A DNA stretch of 64,000 bases. Source: Stegostoma tigrinum (Eukaryota). The position numbers and the translations under genes are program-made. Below are positions 39,640 through 52,630 of the stretch, piece after piece (the first letter of the stretch is position 1; each line of letters opens with the position of its first letter). The notes beneath the pieces were generated by a model, which saw only the letters and a program-made list of their open reading frames with translations, was not told the origin of the DNA and did not search any database. The stretch is taken from assembly GCF_030684315.1 (NCBI RefSeq), contig NC_081360.1:17885795-17949794 (forward strand), in the 5' to 3' direction.

Positions 39640-40610
39640 GGGAAATGTTGGTTAATTCAGGAAAGCCAGCATGTCTTTCTTCAGGAAACTTCATGTTTAA
39701 CTGAGATGCTGAAGTTTTTTGAGTAATAACAAAGTGTCAATGAGGGCAATGCTGTTGATGCACATGGACTATTGATTGGCAATAAATACTGTGCCACATG
39801 ACAGACCTGACAGCAAATTTATAGCTCTCCAATTAAAAAAAAAAATAAGCAACATGGATATGGAAATGGATGTGTGGCAGGAAACAGTAGCAGTTAATGG
39901 ATGTCGTTCAGCAGGAGAAAGGTTGGAGCAGAGTTCTGCAGAGGTCAATGTTAGGACACTTGCTTTTCCTGAATAATAGTAATGACTGAATTCTTTGTGT
40001 AAAGGGGAAAATTTGAACATCTTTGGATGATATGAAACTTAGAAGGACAAAGAGATGATGCTAAATCCATATTAGGTACTAGTTTGGCTTTAGCTGGAAT
40101 ATTCCAATCATTTCTGGGCACAACAATTTAGGAAGGATTTGAAGGCTTTGGGGAGGGTGCAAAAACTTTTTCCAAGCATAGTTCCAGAGTTATGAAGATG
40201 GATTGGAGAAGTTAGGCCAGTTTTCCTTGGAGAAAGGAAGGCTGAAAGGAGATCTGAAACAGCTATTCAATATCATGATGGGTCTGGACAGCATGGGTAG
40301 GGAGAAGCTGTTCTCACTCCTCAAAGGGAATAGAACATGAAGGCACAGATATAAAGCAACTGATAAAAGAAGCAAATGCAATGTGAGAGACAAGATACAT
40401 CACAAACTGAGTAGTTAAGTTATGGAATGCACTGGCTGAGTGTGTGAGAGAGGCAGGTTCAACCTATGCATTAAAAAAGATTTAGACTATTATTTTAAAA
40501 GCAATAGGGCACAGAGTTATGAGGGAAAGGCAAGGGAATGGTATCAGGTAAAGTGCTGTTGCAGACAGATCCAAATAGCTTCATACACTGTAACTATTCT
40601 ACGATGCTAT
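39640..40610 (+). mobile_element. Decayed CR1 ORF2 fragment
   Basis: aaagccagcatg...tcatgtttaact RT region through the CR1 3' end. Confidence 0.7.
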
Positions 40611-40869
40611 GAACCTTTCTTCTTATCTCATTTTTCATCTTCAAGCAGCCACATAAGTACCGAGTCTTTTTAAAGCTGCAATTAGTATGCAGTACTTTTA
40701 GTTTGTCTGGAAAGAACTATAAATATGCTACAGATTTAACAGATGTAAACAATACTGTTTACTCATGTAATAAAAGAAAGAATGCAGGCTGTCCAATTAT
40801 AATTTATAGAGTGAATTTCTTTTCTAGTCTAGTCACTTGTAGCAACAGTGAAAGACAGTTTTTGCAAAG

Positions 40870-41220
40870 CAACGTCCTACAGAGCAATGTTTTTACAACC
40901 AAATCATCTGTTTTCACTCATTTGTGGAATATGGATGTTGCCGTCGGTCATCATTTTTTGACAGTTCCTAATTGCCCATTTTTCATTGTGTTGTTTGAGA
41001 GATAATTATTGTCCAGGGCACTGGAGTGATCTCCCTTGCTTCTCTTTGGAATATTGTTGTGGGATCTTTGTACAACCATCTGAGGGTCAGATACCACCTT
41101 GGTTTAACACCCAATGCAAAACACAGCACCCTCTAACATGCCAAGCTAGAAGTCTTCGGAGGGAAAAGTAAACCCACAGCTTTCTGACTCACAGGAAAGA
41201 GTGTTACCAATGAGCCACTA
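40870..41220 (-). mobile_element. DeuSINE-like element (SacSINE1/AmnSINE-type core)
   Basis: Reverse complement carries ttaaaccaagg...ctcagatggttgtacaaagatcccacaac, resembling the Deu domain. Confidence 0.55.
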
Positions 41221-41599
41221 TGGTGATGTTTTTCAATCAACCTGTTCAGACATGTAATGACACACGTCAAGCAGGTGAGACTTGAACCTGGGTCTTCTGG
41301 TCCAAAGCTAGGGACACTATCACTGCACCGCAAGACCCTTCTGAATGCCAGTGCACCTTTCACCTTACTGGTTGTGATTCCCAATTGGTTCCAAGCAGCA
41401 GTATGATCAATATTTGCTCATTGGGCCATTGCTGTATTTGGACTATTGTGTTCCGTGCTGCTTCTGCAAATTCTATGCCCATATTTGTTGAAAATACTTT
41501 AATTAAATGAGAAAGGGAAATAACAGAGTTGTTAGTTTAACATTGCTTGTGGGCAAGTCCTTTGAATTTATATTTACTGACTGAACACTTGGATAACTT

Positions 41600-42720
41600 T
41601 GAGTTTCAGAGAACCAACAAGAATTTGCAAAGGATGAATCATGTCTGATTAAAAAAATAGCTCATTTTTGTGGTAGGAACTAAAATAGTAGTCAGGGTAA
41701 ATTTTTTGATGTCAGTTTTACTTTCAGAAAACATTCAATCAGGCTCAACCAAAGAGACTTTTATTTTAACTAAAAGTAGAGTTCATGGAATCAAGGACAA
41801 ATTAGTTCAACAATAGAAAACAGAGAGCAGTGAAAATTGGTATTTGCTGAAATTGGAATGAATTGACAGATTGTGTCCCACAAGGACTACAGGGCTCAGA
41901 GCTCAGCTTTTCAAATTATTTATTAACTTAGATAACACAATAGAGAGTATGTATTCAAGTTTGCTGATAACATAAAAGTTGGTGTAACAGTAATAAGTGC
42001 AGGCAGTGCATAAAGTTAGAGAGATATTAATATAGACAGAGAGATGACAGTGCAGGTATGAGCGATATTGCCAATTTTTTGACCAATAGGTTTCAATCTG
42101 TGTCATATTTAAACAGGGAAGGATCAATGAGATTTCAGGGTCCACGTACTAAAATGTAGTCATCAGGTCCAGAAGAAAATCCAAGAGGCTCTGGAATTTT
42201 CAACATTTTAACGAGAAGAGAAATAAAAAGAACAGCTTTTATTGCAGCTGCATGAGTAATTTCAATGTACCTGGAGTGCAGTGTACACTACTGGGCACCA
42301 TACCTTAAATTGGGATAAAATGGCCTTTGAAGGTGTACAGCACAGACTCACCAGAATGTAAGCAAAGGCTTCTAGGTTTATATAATAAGGAGGGATTGCA
42401 TAAACCAGGCTTGTACTCCCTAAAATACAGATGATTGAGAATTTCAGTTTATTCTGTGTTGTTGTTTGTTGTGTGCATGTATACATAACATTTTAAAATT
42501 TGAAAGAAAAGTTAGTAAAGTCTTCATCAAATAAAAAATGGTAGAAATGTGGAGCTCTCTGCCAACAGAAAAACAATTAATACTTAATTAATAATTACAA
42601 AACTGTTCAATGTACTTTGGCTGAACAAGGATATGGAACCTGGGGCCTTGTTGGAGTTAAAATCAATCATGATCCTTTCAATGACAGGAAAGGCACAAGA
42701 GCTGCATCTTCTCCTCCCAT
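41600..42720 (+). mobile_element. Old CR1 ORF2 fragment
   Basis: tgtcccacaagga and ttcaagtttgctgataacataaaagttgg (KFADDTK-like). Confidence 0.65.
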
Positions 42721-43469
42721 TCCGCCATTGCTGTGAGGGCGGCTGTATTTTTCAGACTAAAATTCCAAAGTTTCAGTTCACCTTTAATCAAGTCAGCTCA
42801 TCCTCAGGGCTTTGATTTGAACTCCATGCTAATGTTGGCTGATGAGCAGCCATGTGAGTGCAGGAATTCACCTGGTGCACTGGAAATGAGCCCTGGGCAA
42901 TTGAAACTGTGAATCAAAGCTCATTAAAATCCCATTTGGTTGAATTTCTATTCATTCAGGCAAGATGCATCATAAAATCATGAATTCACAGAATGATGCT
43001 GCACAGGAGAAGGTTGCACCACAAGACATTCAAATTTTAAACTCAACTCGCTATTGATGATGATGTTCTGCAGAACGTAGACTTTAAAGTGAGGGCTGGC
43101 TAGATATATGGAGAATATTATACAACTATCTATTAGATTCCGTAGGAAATTCCTAGTTTTGAAAGCAAAATAGGTCAACATGATCAACTGGAAGTGAGTC
43201 AGATTGGTCCAAAATGGAAGGAAGGTTGGATGGAACAGCTTTTCCATATCTAGCATCTTTATTGATTCATTTGAGACGGGGTGGATGAAATTGCCAGGTT
43301 AGCTTTGTCTTGGCTCCTCAAATTTCTTCCTGGGTCCGATAATAGACATTGAATGCAGTATATGGTTGGTTTAAATGACTTGTTCCTGTACTTGAAATCT
43401 ATGTAATATTAACTCAGCCACATTTCAAAAATTAATTTTTTTTTTTGCTCTGATGTGTGTTCCTATTAG

Positions 43470-43535
43470 GCTGACAATCCATTGTTTCAGAAGGCAACCA
43501 CCACTGTTTATAATCCCAACTTCAATGAAGACTGA
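43470..43535 (+). CDS. ITGB2: ITGB2 last coding exon (ADNPLFQKATTTVYNPNFNED*)
   Basis: attag| acceptor, two NPxF motifs, TTT, TGA stop at 43533-43535. Confidence 0.95.
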   Translation, partial: ADNPLFQKATTTVYNPNFNED

Positions 43536-45750
43536 AGATTTGAATGGAGTGAAAAATGATTTCATGTGTTTTGCATCAACAAAGTCTGTGTGTTTAAAGA
43601 ATGAACTTTCCTCTTTATTTTGTATACCCTTTGTGAACTAATTTGTTTATACTTCATAACTGAGCAGAAGATGCAATGAGGAGGAGTTTCAACCCTCAAA
43701 CTTTCCTGGGTTCTCCACTCTAATCTTCATCTCACAATTCCTGGCCTCCCTTATCTTCCTTTGGCCTTTCTTGGGGATGGTGCTGATGGCCCATTTGCCT
43801 GATAGGTGGCTGGTCTCTCAACTTTGCTGGCTGTGGCCAAGGAATGGAGATGAAAAGTAATTATGAGATTCTGCATTAATTTCAGAAGGACCTTAATGAA
43901 ATGTGTTCTTCTGTTGATTGCAATTCTCTGACCAGGAACCCTTCTGCATTGTCCTGCCACCATATGAATATCCAACCCAAAAATCTGAATAGTAGATGAA
44001 AACTGTTCTTCTGAAGGTACACTGCATGTGGGTTGGTTCATTATTGCCATTTTCAGCCTGTAGTAACAGGCAAAAGTGAGGATGGCTAATATAAAAATAA
44101 CTGGAGCAAATTTCAAACAATTAAAATTACTATTCAGTTTGAAACCCAGGTCACTACTAGATTTTGATTGATAACTAGTAAGGTTTATGCCAATACCAGA
44201 CACACAGGTATTGATTACCAATCATTAATTGTAAATTGACAGCATTTGTATCAGTTGCTAATGCCAATGCATGAGTAGCCAGTTTCAAAGCATCAATACC
44301 TGTCTCAAATGCCAATGCCAGCTTTTCATTCCCCATTTAGCTACTCGTGACTGAGTCAGGTGTGCAAGTAATTGCTTGACAGCTTATTTTGAACATTCTC
44401 ACTGCTGTGTTTGAAACTAGAAAGTTTATAAAAGTTGTGTTATTTTCTCCGATAGTTTGATGGTTATTTTATGATAAGTTAAACACAAAATAAGATCGAA
44501 TTAATTGTAGATTGTTGAAAAATAACAATCTTGTTCTATATCAGTATAAGTGGATCCATGAAAAATAAGACCTCCGAAGACCTTTGTATCTCATCTCTGG
44601 TGGTTCCACCTGCGTTGCTTTTTTATTACCGATATATCTCTCTGGTGAGTGAATGAGAAACACACCTTGGTTTTGTTACTGTTAATAGCAACAATTAGTA
44701 TTACCACTATTTGTGTTCAGATAATAGAGCATTTGATTTGATATTTTTAAAAATTTCACGAACCACACAAGCACAGTCTCAGTTCATGTATCTGTCAAGG
44801 GCATCTTTAGAGAGGCAACAGCAATTTTATTTAATTTCTTTATACTTTTGTTTGAATGCAAACAATTGCAGATTAAGTGTAGGAAGTGATCGGTTGCCAG
44901 TGCTGTAAAACTACTTCCATCGGTGCTATGTAAAATATGGTGTATAACTTGCACTCAGGCATGCAACTTGCAATCCAGTGCAGAAGTGTATATAACACAA
45001 AGCAACTCATGGTTTTAAAACAATTGCTGTTCAACTTACAGGAGTTCAGGAACAATTTATTGGTTGTGAATGTTTTAGAGATTCACAGTTAAATTGATCC
45101 ACTCAAGGTAATCTGGATCAAAGGTTTAAGTTATGAAATTGAGATATGTGAGGAAAGTCCTCAGAATTGAGTGAGTTGGTGTCCACATTTTAATCAGTGT
45201 AGAAATTGGATGCATGATGAGTAGATGTAATAGTTTAGCTTAGCCATTGTGAAGTTTGCAATTGCACTTTTGTACAGAAGCAGGCGTGCGTGTATTTGAT
45301 TGCATAAAACTCTTGATGACTGTTCTAGATAATTCACAGCAGACACAGCCCCGAGTTAAACATATTAACTGAGGTATGCATCATCTGCTCCCTTCTTTGA
45401 TGCGTAAATTGTTTGACTTCAGGGATATTGCAAGGAGAGAGGCTCTGAACAGAAAAGATAATCCCCATTCCATCATCACTGACTTGTCCATCGACTTTGT
45501 ATGAGTATAGGCTTAATCACAGTTTTGAAAGCATGGCGTCCCAGTTTAATCCAAATACATATCTGACACCATATCCTGTATGGTGAGAAAATTACCCTCT
45601 TCAGCCTCCATTTTATTATCCATCCAGTAAGCACCAATTAAAACAATGAAATGTGTCTCTCCTCCTCTATTATACAATGTTATCTTTTTCACTCTTCACA
45701 AGCCATAAACTGAAGCTTATCTAAAATGTTGCTGCTGTATTCTTTTCCCA

Positions 45751-45756
45751 AATAAA
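45751..45756 (+). terminator. Candidate polyadenylation signal of ITGB2 (3' UTR about 2.2 kb)
   Basis: First canonical AATAAA I see after the stop codon; repeat-poor sequence ends just after it. Confidence 0.5.
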
Positions 45757-46048
45757 TATACACAGATATATTACTCTAATCCAACCAACTCTGCCAGAGT
45801 ACAAGGGAGTACATTTAGGACAAAGATAAGGATGAACTTTTCTCCCTGAATCTGTAAAATTCTTCACCACAGAGGGCTGTTAAGACTGGGTCATTAAGTA
45901 TATTTAAAGCTAAGGTACTCTGCTTTCTAATCACTAAGGGAATCTAGGGATCAAGGTAGGAAAGAGGGATTCAGGATGAATAGATCAGCAGTAATCTCAT
46001 TGAATGTTGGAGCTGACTTGATGGACCTTATGTTTTGTACCACAAAAC

Positions 46049-46980
46049 GAGAGACCACTCTCTCCGTGACTCCCTTGTTCGCTCCACACTGCCCTCCAAC
46101 CCCACCACACCTGGCACCTTCCCCTGCAACTGCAGGAAATGCTACACTTGCCCCCACACCACCTCCCTCACCCCTATCCCAGGCCCCAAGATGACATTCC
46201 ACATTAAGCAGAGGTTCACCTGCACATCTGCCAATGTGGTATACTGCATCCACTGTACCCGGTCCGGCTTCCTCTACATTGGGGAAACCAAGCGGAGGCT
46301 TGGGGACCGCTTTGCAGAACACCTCCGCTCAGTTCGCAACAAACAACTGCACCTCCCAGTCGCAAACAATTTCCACTCCCCCTCCCATTCTTTAGATGGC
46401 ATGTCCATCATGGGCCTCCTGCACTGCCACAACGATGCCACCCGAAGGTTGCAGAAACAGCAACTCATATTCCGCCTGGGAACCCTGCAGCCATATGGTA
46501 TCAATGTGGACTTCACCAGTTTCAAAATCTCCCCTTCCCCTACTGCATCCCTAAACCAGCCCAGTTCGTCCCCTCCCCCCACTGCACCACACAACCAGCC
46601 CAGCTCTTCCCCCCCACCCACTGCATCCCAAAACCAGTCCAACCTGTCTCTGCCTCCCTAACCGGTTCTTTCTCTCACCAATCCCTTCCTCCCACCCCAA
46701 GCCACACCCCCATCTACCTACTAACCTCATCCCACCTCCTTGACCTGTCCGTCTTCCCTGGACTGACCTATCCCCTCCCTACCTCCCCACTTATACTCTC
46801 TCCACCTATCTTCTTTACTCTCCATCTTCGGTCCGCCTCCCCCTCTCTCCCTATTTATTCCAGTTCCCTCTCCCCATCCCCCTCTCTGATGAAGGGTCTA
46901 GGCCCGAAACGTCAGCTTTTGTGCTCCTGAGATGCTGCTTGGCCTGCTGTGTTCATCCAGCCTCACATTTTATTATCTTG
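46049..46980 (+). mobile_element. Young 5'-truncated PLE (Neptune-like): Cys linker, GIY-YIG endonuclease and pseudo-LTR
   Basis: Open frame 46035-46661 with PCNCRKCYTC, NVVYCIHCTRSGFLYIGETKRRLGDRFAEH and LGTLQPYGINVDF; CpGs largely retained. Confidence 0.92.
46886..46913 (+). ncRNA. Minimal type I hammerhead ribozyme core, intact
   Basis: CTGATGA-A-GGG(TCTAGG)CCC-GAAAC-GTC, predicted cleavage after C46913; palindromic ACGT in place of helix III. Confidence 0.72.
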
Positions 46981-47934
46981 AAATATAAAATGATTGCCCT
47001 CAGATTAACACCATTTCTCCCATCTTTTCAATTTCCTGTTGGAGTAGTCCAATCTTACTCATTCTTCTCAATTCCAACCTTGGGTAAATTTCAGTTTCAT
47101 TCTCCCCATCTTTGGTGCAATGACTTAAACAGCTAGATTCAACACTCTTTAAATACTTCTGCCACTGCCTCCTTTCTCTCTTTAAGGTCCTCATTTAAAA
47201 CATTTGGCTGTCCTTCTTAACCCTTTGGATTTGCATCTTTTTTTCCTAATGGAATTGTTATTGCATTTTTTTACATTCTTCCATGTTGAGGGTACAATAT
47301 AACTGCAAATTATAATGCTCCTACATGACTAGCGAATGTTTGGTCATAGTTCCTCAAGTTTTCTTTTAGCCATTTATGAAAATGGTGAGATCCATTCTTT
47401 CAATTGCTGAAATGGTCAGCTTTTTTGGTTTGGCATAGGAAAATACTGAAAGTGTATTCCTGGAAGTGAGTTAGAATAGAAATCTCTGCCAAATTTCACC
47501 TTGAGCAACGTTAACTGACTACTTGCTGACCACACTTAGTGCAAAATGTTATAGTTGTGATGATGAAATGACTGCTGTGGACCATGTACATCTCCAGAAA
47601 TAAGGTAAACTTAATCTTCTCTAAAAGGGATTGAAGAAACAGAAACAATACTTTTCCACCACTTCTGCTGAAGGTAATTCTCAAGATATTTAACACCAGA
47701 TTCCACGGTAATGGGCAGATTTCATATTTCAGGATGTGCGCTGAAAATGAGATAAATTCTGACTGTGACCGAAATTGAATATTTTAACTAAAATGTGCTG
47801 AAAAGAAGTCTTCAGTAAGTTTTTGGGCAGGGAAACATTGAACCCTTGCTCAACCTATTGAGCTTTATTCCAGGCACAAGCTGTAGACTCTCACCTTGCT
47901 TGTTTGTGACTGGACTATGATTAAACAGTCAACT

Positions 47935-49235
47935 AATGGATTGTAGGAACTGCCGATGCTGGAGTCTGAGATGACAAGGAGTGGAGCTGGATTAACACAG
48001 CAGGACAGGCAGCATCAGAGGGGCAGGAAAACTGATGTTTTGGGTCTGGACCCTTCGTCAGAAATGGAGAAGGGGAAGGAGGTTCTGAAATAAATGGAGA
48101 AAGGAGGAGGTGGTGGTAGAAGTTGGACAGCAGAGCATGTAGGTGGAGAGAAGACAGACAGGTCAAGGAGGCAGGAATGAAGCTAGTAGGGGTGAGTGTC
48201 GGTATGAAGTGGGAGTGGGGGTTGGTCAGTGAGGTGGGAGGAGAAGACGGACAGGTCAAGGAAGTGGGGATGAGAGTGGGGGCTGGTCTTGGGATGAGGT
48301 CGGGGGTGGGGAGGAAGCTCGTAAAGTCAACATTGAGACCATTGGGATGTAGGGTTCCAAGGTGGAATATGAGGTGCTGTTCCTTCAATTTCCGGGTGGC
48401 ATCATTGTGATACTGGAGGAGGCCCAGGATGGACATGTCTTCCAGGGAGTGGGAAGGGGTGTTCAAATGGTTCATGACTGGTAGGTGTTGTCATTTGTCG
48501 CAAACCGTTTGTGGGTGCTCCCCGACATAGTCTCCAAGCCTCCATTTAATCCCCCGATGTAGAGGATGTCATATCGGGAACAGTGGATACAATAGACCAC
48601 ATTAGCGGATGTGCAGGTGAACATCTGTTTAATGTGGAAAGTTTTCTCTTGGGGCCTGGGATGGAAGTGAGGGGTGTAGGGTCGGATTGCAGGTGGCGGA
48701 AATGGCAGAGAATGATGGGATAAATCTGGAGGTTAATGGGGTGATGAGTGAGGACAAGGGGAATTCTGTCTTTGCTTCTATTGCGGGGAGGGGGTGTGAG
48801 GGCTGAGGTGTGGGGAATGCAAGAGATGCGGTCGAGGGCTGGGATCTGGGATGTCCGGGAGTGGAACGCTTCATCTTGGGAGCAGATGCGGCAGAGGTGG
48901 AGGAATTAGGAATAGGGGATGGCATTCTTGCAGGAAGGTGGCTGAGAGGAGGTATATTCTTGGTATCTGTGGGAGTTGGTGGGCTTGAAATAGATGTCAG
49001 TTTCCAGGTGGTTACCAGAGATGGAGACAGAGAGGTCCAGGAAGGAGAGAGAAGTATCAGAGATGGTCCAGGTTGGGTAGAAGGTGTTAGTGAAGTGGAT
49101 GAACTGTTCTAGCTGCTCGTGGGAGCACGAGGCGGTGCCTATACAGTCATCGATGTAATGGAAGAAGAAGTGGGGGATGGGGCAATGTAGCTGCAGAAGA
49201 GGGATAGTTCCCTGGCTGTGGAAGAGGGTCTGCTC
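47935..49235 (-). mobile_element. PLE with RT (YIDD) and GIY-YIG remnants
   Basis: FFHYIDDCIG...SLSFLDLSVS...IYFKPTNSH; HLIFHLGTLHPNGLNVDF; degraded hammerhead core at 48034-48061. Confidence 0.9.
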
Positions 49236-50884
49236 CACAACTAAGAGAGAGAGATTCATTAAAACAATTGGATATTTGCCAGTTTGAATGAGGTACTGTC
49301 GTAAAGGAGTTATAAGTAATAATCATTCTAGCGAAGTTTGGTGATGTATAGTCATGGCGAAACTGGTTAAGAAACAGTATTAAAAATGGCAAAGAGCTTT
49401 GAGAACGCAATTATTTTGTTATTGACGGAAACATTGACAGCTTGAAAAATACTTTTGTTTATTGTATAATAGTGATGAAAATATTTTGTTTTTATTAAAC
49501 TAATTAATTTTTTGAAGGTAAACAAATGATGTCAAAATACTGTAACTCAAGTTTTGCCCTGAATAAAAAAAAATGTCATTTGCTTCCCATCTTTTCTGAT
49601 ACCTTTCTCAATGTTTATTTAGTTGGAACAGAAGAAATAATTGTGTAAACACAGAACCCAATCTCGGTTAATAAATTTCGTAAGAGCAGAGAAAAAGAGA
49701 ATTCCTTTTTGAAAAGAATGACCAGAAATAGGGGCCTCAGAAGTAGCTGTGTACTGTATGAACCATGGAGCACAGATAAGTAAATACAAAATCTGTAGTC
49801 GGTTCTGTTCTTAAACATGAGTTTCAGACAGACCACGATAAATCCCTCTCGAGTACAATATTTTTACTTGTTAGAAAAGAATTCAAATGATTCCTAATAT
49901 TGACTTCATGAAGGACACAAACTGTCATCTCTTCAGTTCAGAGTACTTAGGACCAGTCATTTATGGATTTCAACATTTTTAGATCATAAAATGACAACAG
50001 CGGGATCTACTGGAAGCATGCAAACCGGAAAACAATATAGATAAAAATATTTACCTAATGCTTTGGTAACGGTGATTTCTGAAACAATGATAGACGTTAT
50101 AAAACAAAAAAAAATGATTTTACTTCTTCGAGTATTGTTTTTTCCTTGTTTCTACTCCAAAATACTTATTAAAATAATGCTTAGGTTCACTCCAAAATTC
50201 CAAACAACTGGTGCTTTCAAACAATTGATTTCCTGATTATACAAGTTAGTTTACTCTTTCAGTAGCACCATTGAAAAATCAACCTGTTCCTTCGATGAGT
50301 ACATTTTAAAATTTCTATTTATAGCTGTATTTGGTTAAGAGCTCAGTGTATTCTAGTCACAAACTATAGACCCATATCCTGCTGCTTGTGAGAGGACTAC
50401 AACGCAACCATCGACTGAAGGAGAGGTAAGTTAAGAAGACAATTTGAGATTAACCAGTTTTAATGAGCGTACTGTAATGAAGGAGTCAGAAATAATTCAT
50501 TGCAGGAACCTAATTTAAATCAACAACTGGGAGTGTGAAGAAAAATGGAACATAGTCAGAGCTACTTCCTGTTTAAGTAGAAAGGAGAAATAAGTTCAGA
50601 TCAGAATACAGGTTTAGATTCCAATTTAATAATGAATTTACATTGGAAAAGAAAGAATCACAATTATTTGTTTAGTTTTGCCCTCTAAGGAGTGGCATCT
50701 CTTTCTCCACAGAAAACGTCATACAAGAATGCTTATGCAGTGTTGAGAGATGGTCAGTTTGAGACCTGAAAGGAAATGATTATTTTTTTTCCTTTTTATA
50801 ATAAGAAAGAGTTGAGCATTACCCAACTGTAGACTGTTGAAAGAAAAGCAACTTAAATTTTAAAAGATAGTCTCTAACTACTCA

Positions 50885-51555
50885 AATCCACTTCTGCCAT
50901 AGAAGTGCGAGGCATTTCTCATCTCTAACAGGAAACATTTCAACAATCACCTCTTGACAAACAATGGCATTACTACTGCTGAATTCCCTCACTGTCAACA
51001 TCCTGGGTGTTTCACTGACTGAACTGAGAGAAAGCTGGCTGTAAGAGATGCCTAAAAATTATGTGGTGAGTAACTGACCCGCTACTACTGCAAAGCCTGT
51101 CAACATGCTAAAAGGCACAAGTGGTGAATATGGTGGAATATTCTTCATTTGCTTGTACCAGTGCTGCTTCAACACCGTCCAGGACAAAGCAACTTGCACA
51201 ATTGGCACCATTTAAGTATCTTCAACATTCACTCCTTCCACTACTGAAGTACAGTTGGTGCGATGTACACCAGCTATAAGACGCATTGTGGCAGCTCACC
51301 AAGGTTCCTTCGACAGCAGCTTCGAAACTATAACTTCTACCAGCCAGAATAGCAAGGGCAGCAGAGCAACACCAACATCTTTAACTTCCCATCTAAGCTA
51401 CACACCATTCTAAATTGGAATTATAGCCCTGTTTCAACACTATCACTGAGTCTAAATCCTGGAACTCCATCGCTAACAGCACTGATGGTCTACACAGTGA
51501 TGGGCTATATATACTGGTCTAGCCTGCAATACCACATCCTGTGAAAGAATAAGAA
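50885..51555 (+). mobile_element. Old LINE 3' fragment (same family as 960-2645)
   Basis: gtcaacatcctggg...caaagcctgtc...aggcacaagt...ccaggacaaagc shared with 2000-2640. Confidence 0.65.
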
Positions 51556-52331
51556 ATGTTATCACCATTTGCAGTGTAGATCCTTTTGTGATGTAAACCA
51601 AAATTAAAATGGAATACTTAAAATTTCACTTTATAACAAAGCTAGCCAATTCTCTTGAGGGCTTTCCAAATTAAGCATCAGGGACACATGGCAAACTCAA
51701 AGATATCTATGCTAATCACTAAACTCAAACGATTATTATTCTATGAACAGAGATAGATAACATCCCTTCCTAGGATAACAATTCCCTGAAGCAAATGCAA
51801 CTTTTCAGGAATGGAGAACCAATACAAAATCCTGCAGTTGAATCTCAATTCACCTGCTTTGGAATGATCTAATCTCATATAAAAGACAGCATGGCACATT
51901 TTGGAACTGCACATCATTTAGTCTGGGCTTTTTTTTCCTCTCATACATGGAACATACTTTTTTTGGGATGTTGTTTGGGGGAGAGAGGGGAAGAAGGTAG
52001 ACTTGGTGAAAGAAGAAATAACTTATTATATTGAATAAAAAACTGATCCCTATTTAGTTTAATTACTGAAAATATAAGTTCTAGTTCCAGAAGATGTTTG
52101 GACATATCCGTATAACTAGTGAGGTAGTGGTGTGGTGGTAACATCACTGAACCTGGAGTCCAGAAGTGCAGGTTAATGCTCTGGATTTAAATTTCACAAT
52201 GGTAGATGTTGAAATTCAATTCAATTCATAAAGGTGGAAGTGAAATCCAGTTTCAGCAATGGTGACTGTGCCACATGTCATCAATTGTCTTGGATATCCC
52301 AACTGGGCACAAATGACCTTACCCATTCTGG

Positions 52332-52567
52332 GCCAAGCAGCATCTCAGGAGCACAAAAGCTGACGTTTCGGGCCTAGACCCTTCATTGAAGTGTGGAGCT
52401 GGATGAGCACAGCAGGCCAAGCAGCATCGGGCCTAGACCCTTCAATGAAGGGTCTAGGCCCAAAACGTCAGCTTTTGTGCTCCTGAGATGCTGCCTGGCC
52501 TGCTGTGTTCATCCAGCCTCACACTTTGTTGTCTTTGATTCTCCAGTATCTGCAGTTCCCATTATCA
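52332..52567. mobile_element. Rearranged fold-back PLE terminus
   Basis: 14-bp TSD cttacccattctgg at 52318-52331 and 52568-52581; 16-bp perfect arms at 52429-52461. Confidence 0.88.
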
Positions 52568-52630
52568 CTTACCCATTCTGGTCTGTGATCATGACCCACA
52601 ACACTATGGTTGACGTTTAACTGTCCTCAG

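Larger units (their letters stand above)
13477..43535 (+). other. ITGB2: Integrin beta-2 (CD18) gene, coding span of 14 exons; signal-peptide exon not located
   Basis: Spliced exons total 2267 nt in one open frame: PSI, hybrid, betaI (DLSYSMKDD), 4 EGF-like, beta-tail, TM and a tail with NPLF/TTT/NPNF. NPxF motifs and [17 protein letters not shown] favour beta-2 over beta-1/beta-7. Exon sizes 171/242/96/90/167 match human ITGB2 as I recall them. Confidence 0.95.

Noticed and set aside
46540-46645. Tandem repeats of about 39 bp as a CRISPR-like array
   Set aside because: No unique spacers; internal minisatellite of the PLE in a eukaryotic genome
46035-46661. 208-aa ORF as a standalone or domesticated nuclease
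   Set aside because: 5'-truncated PLE fragment with a TTG start and dispersed decayed relatives in the window
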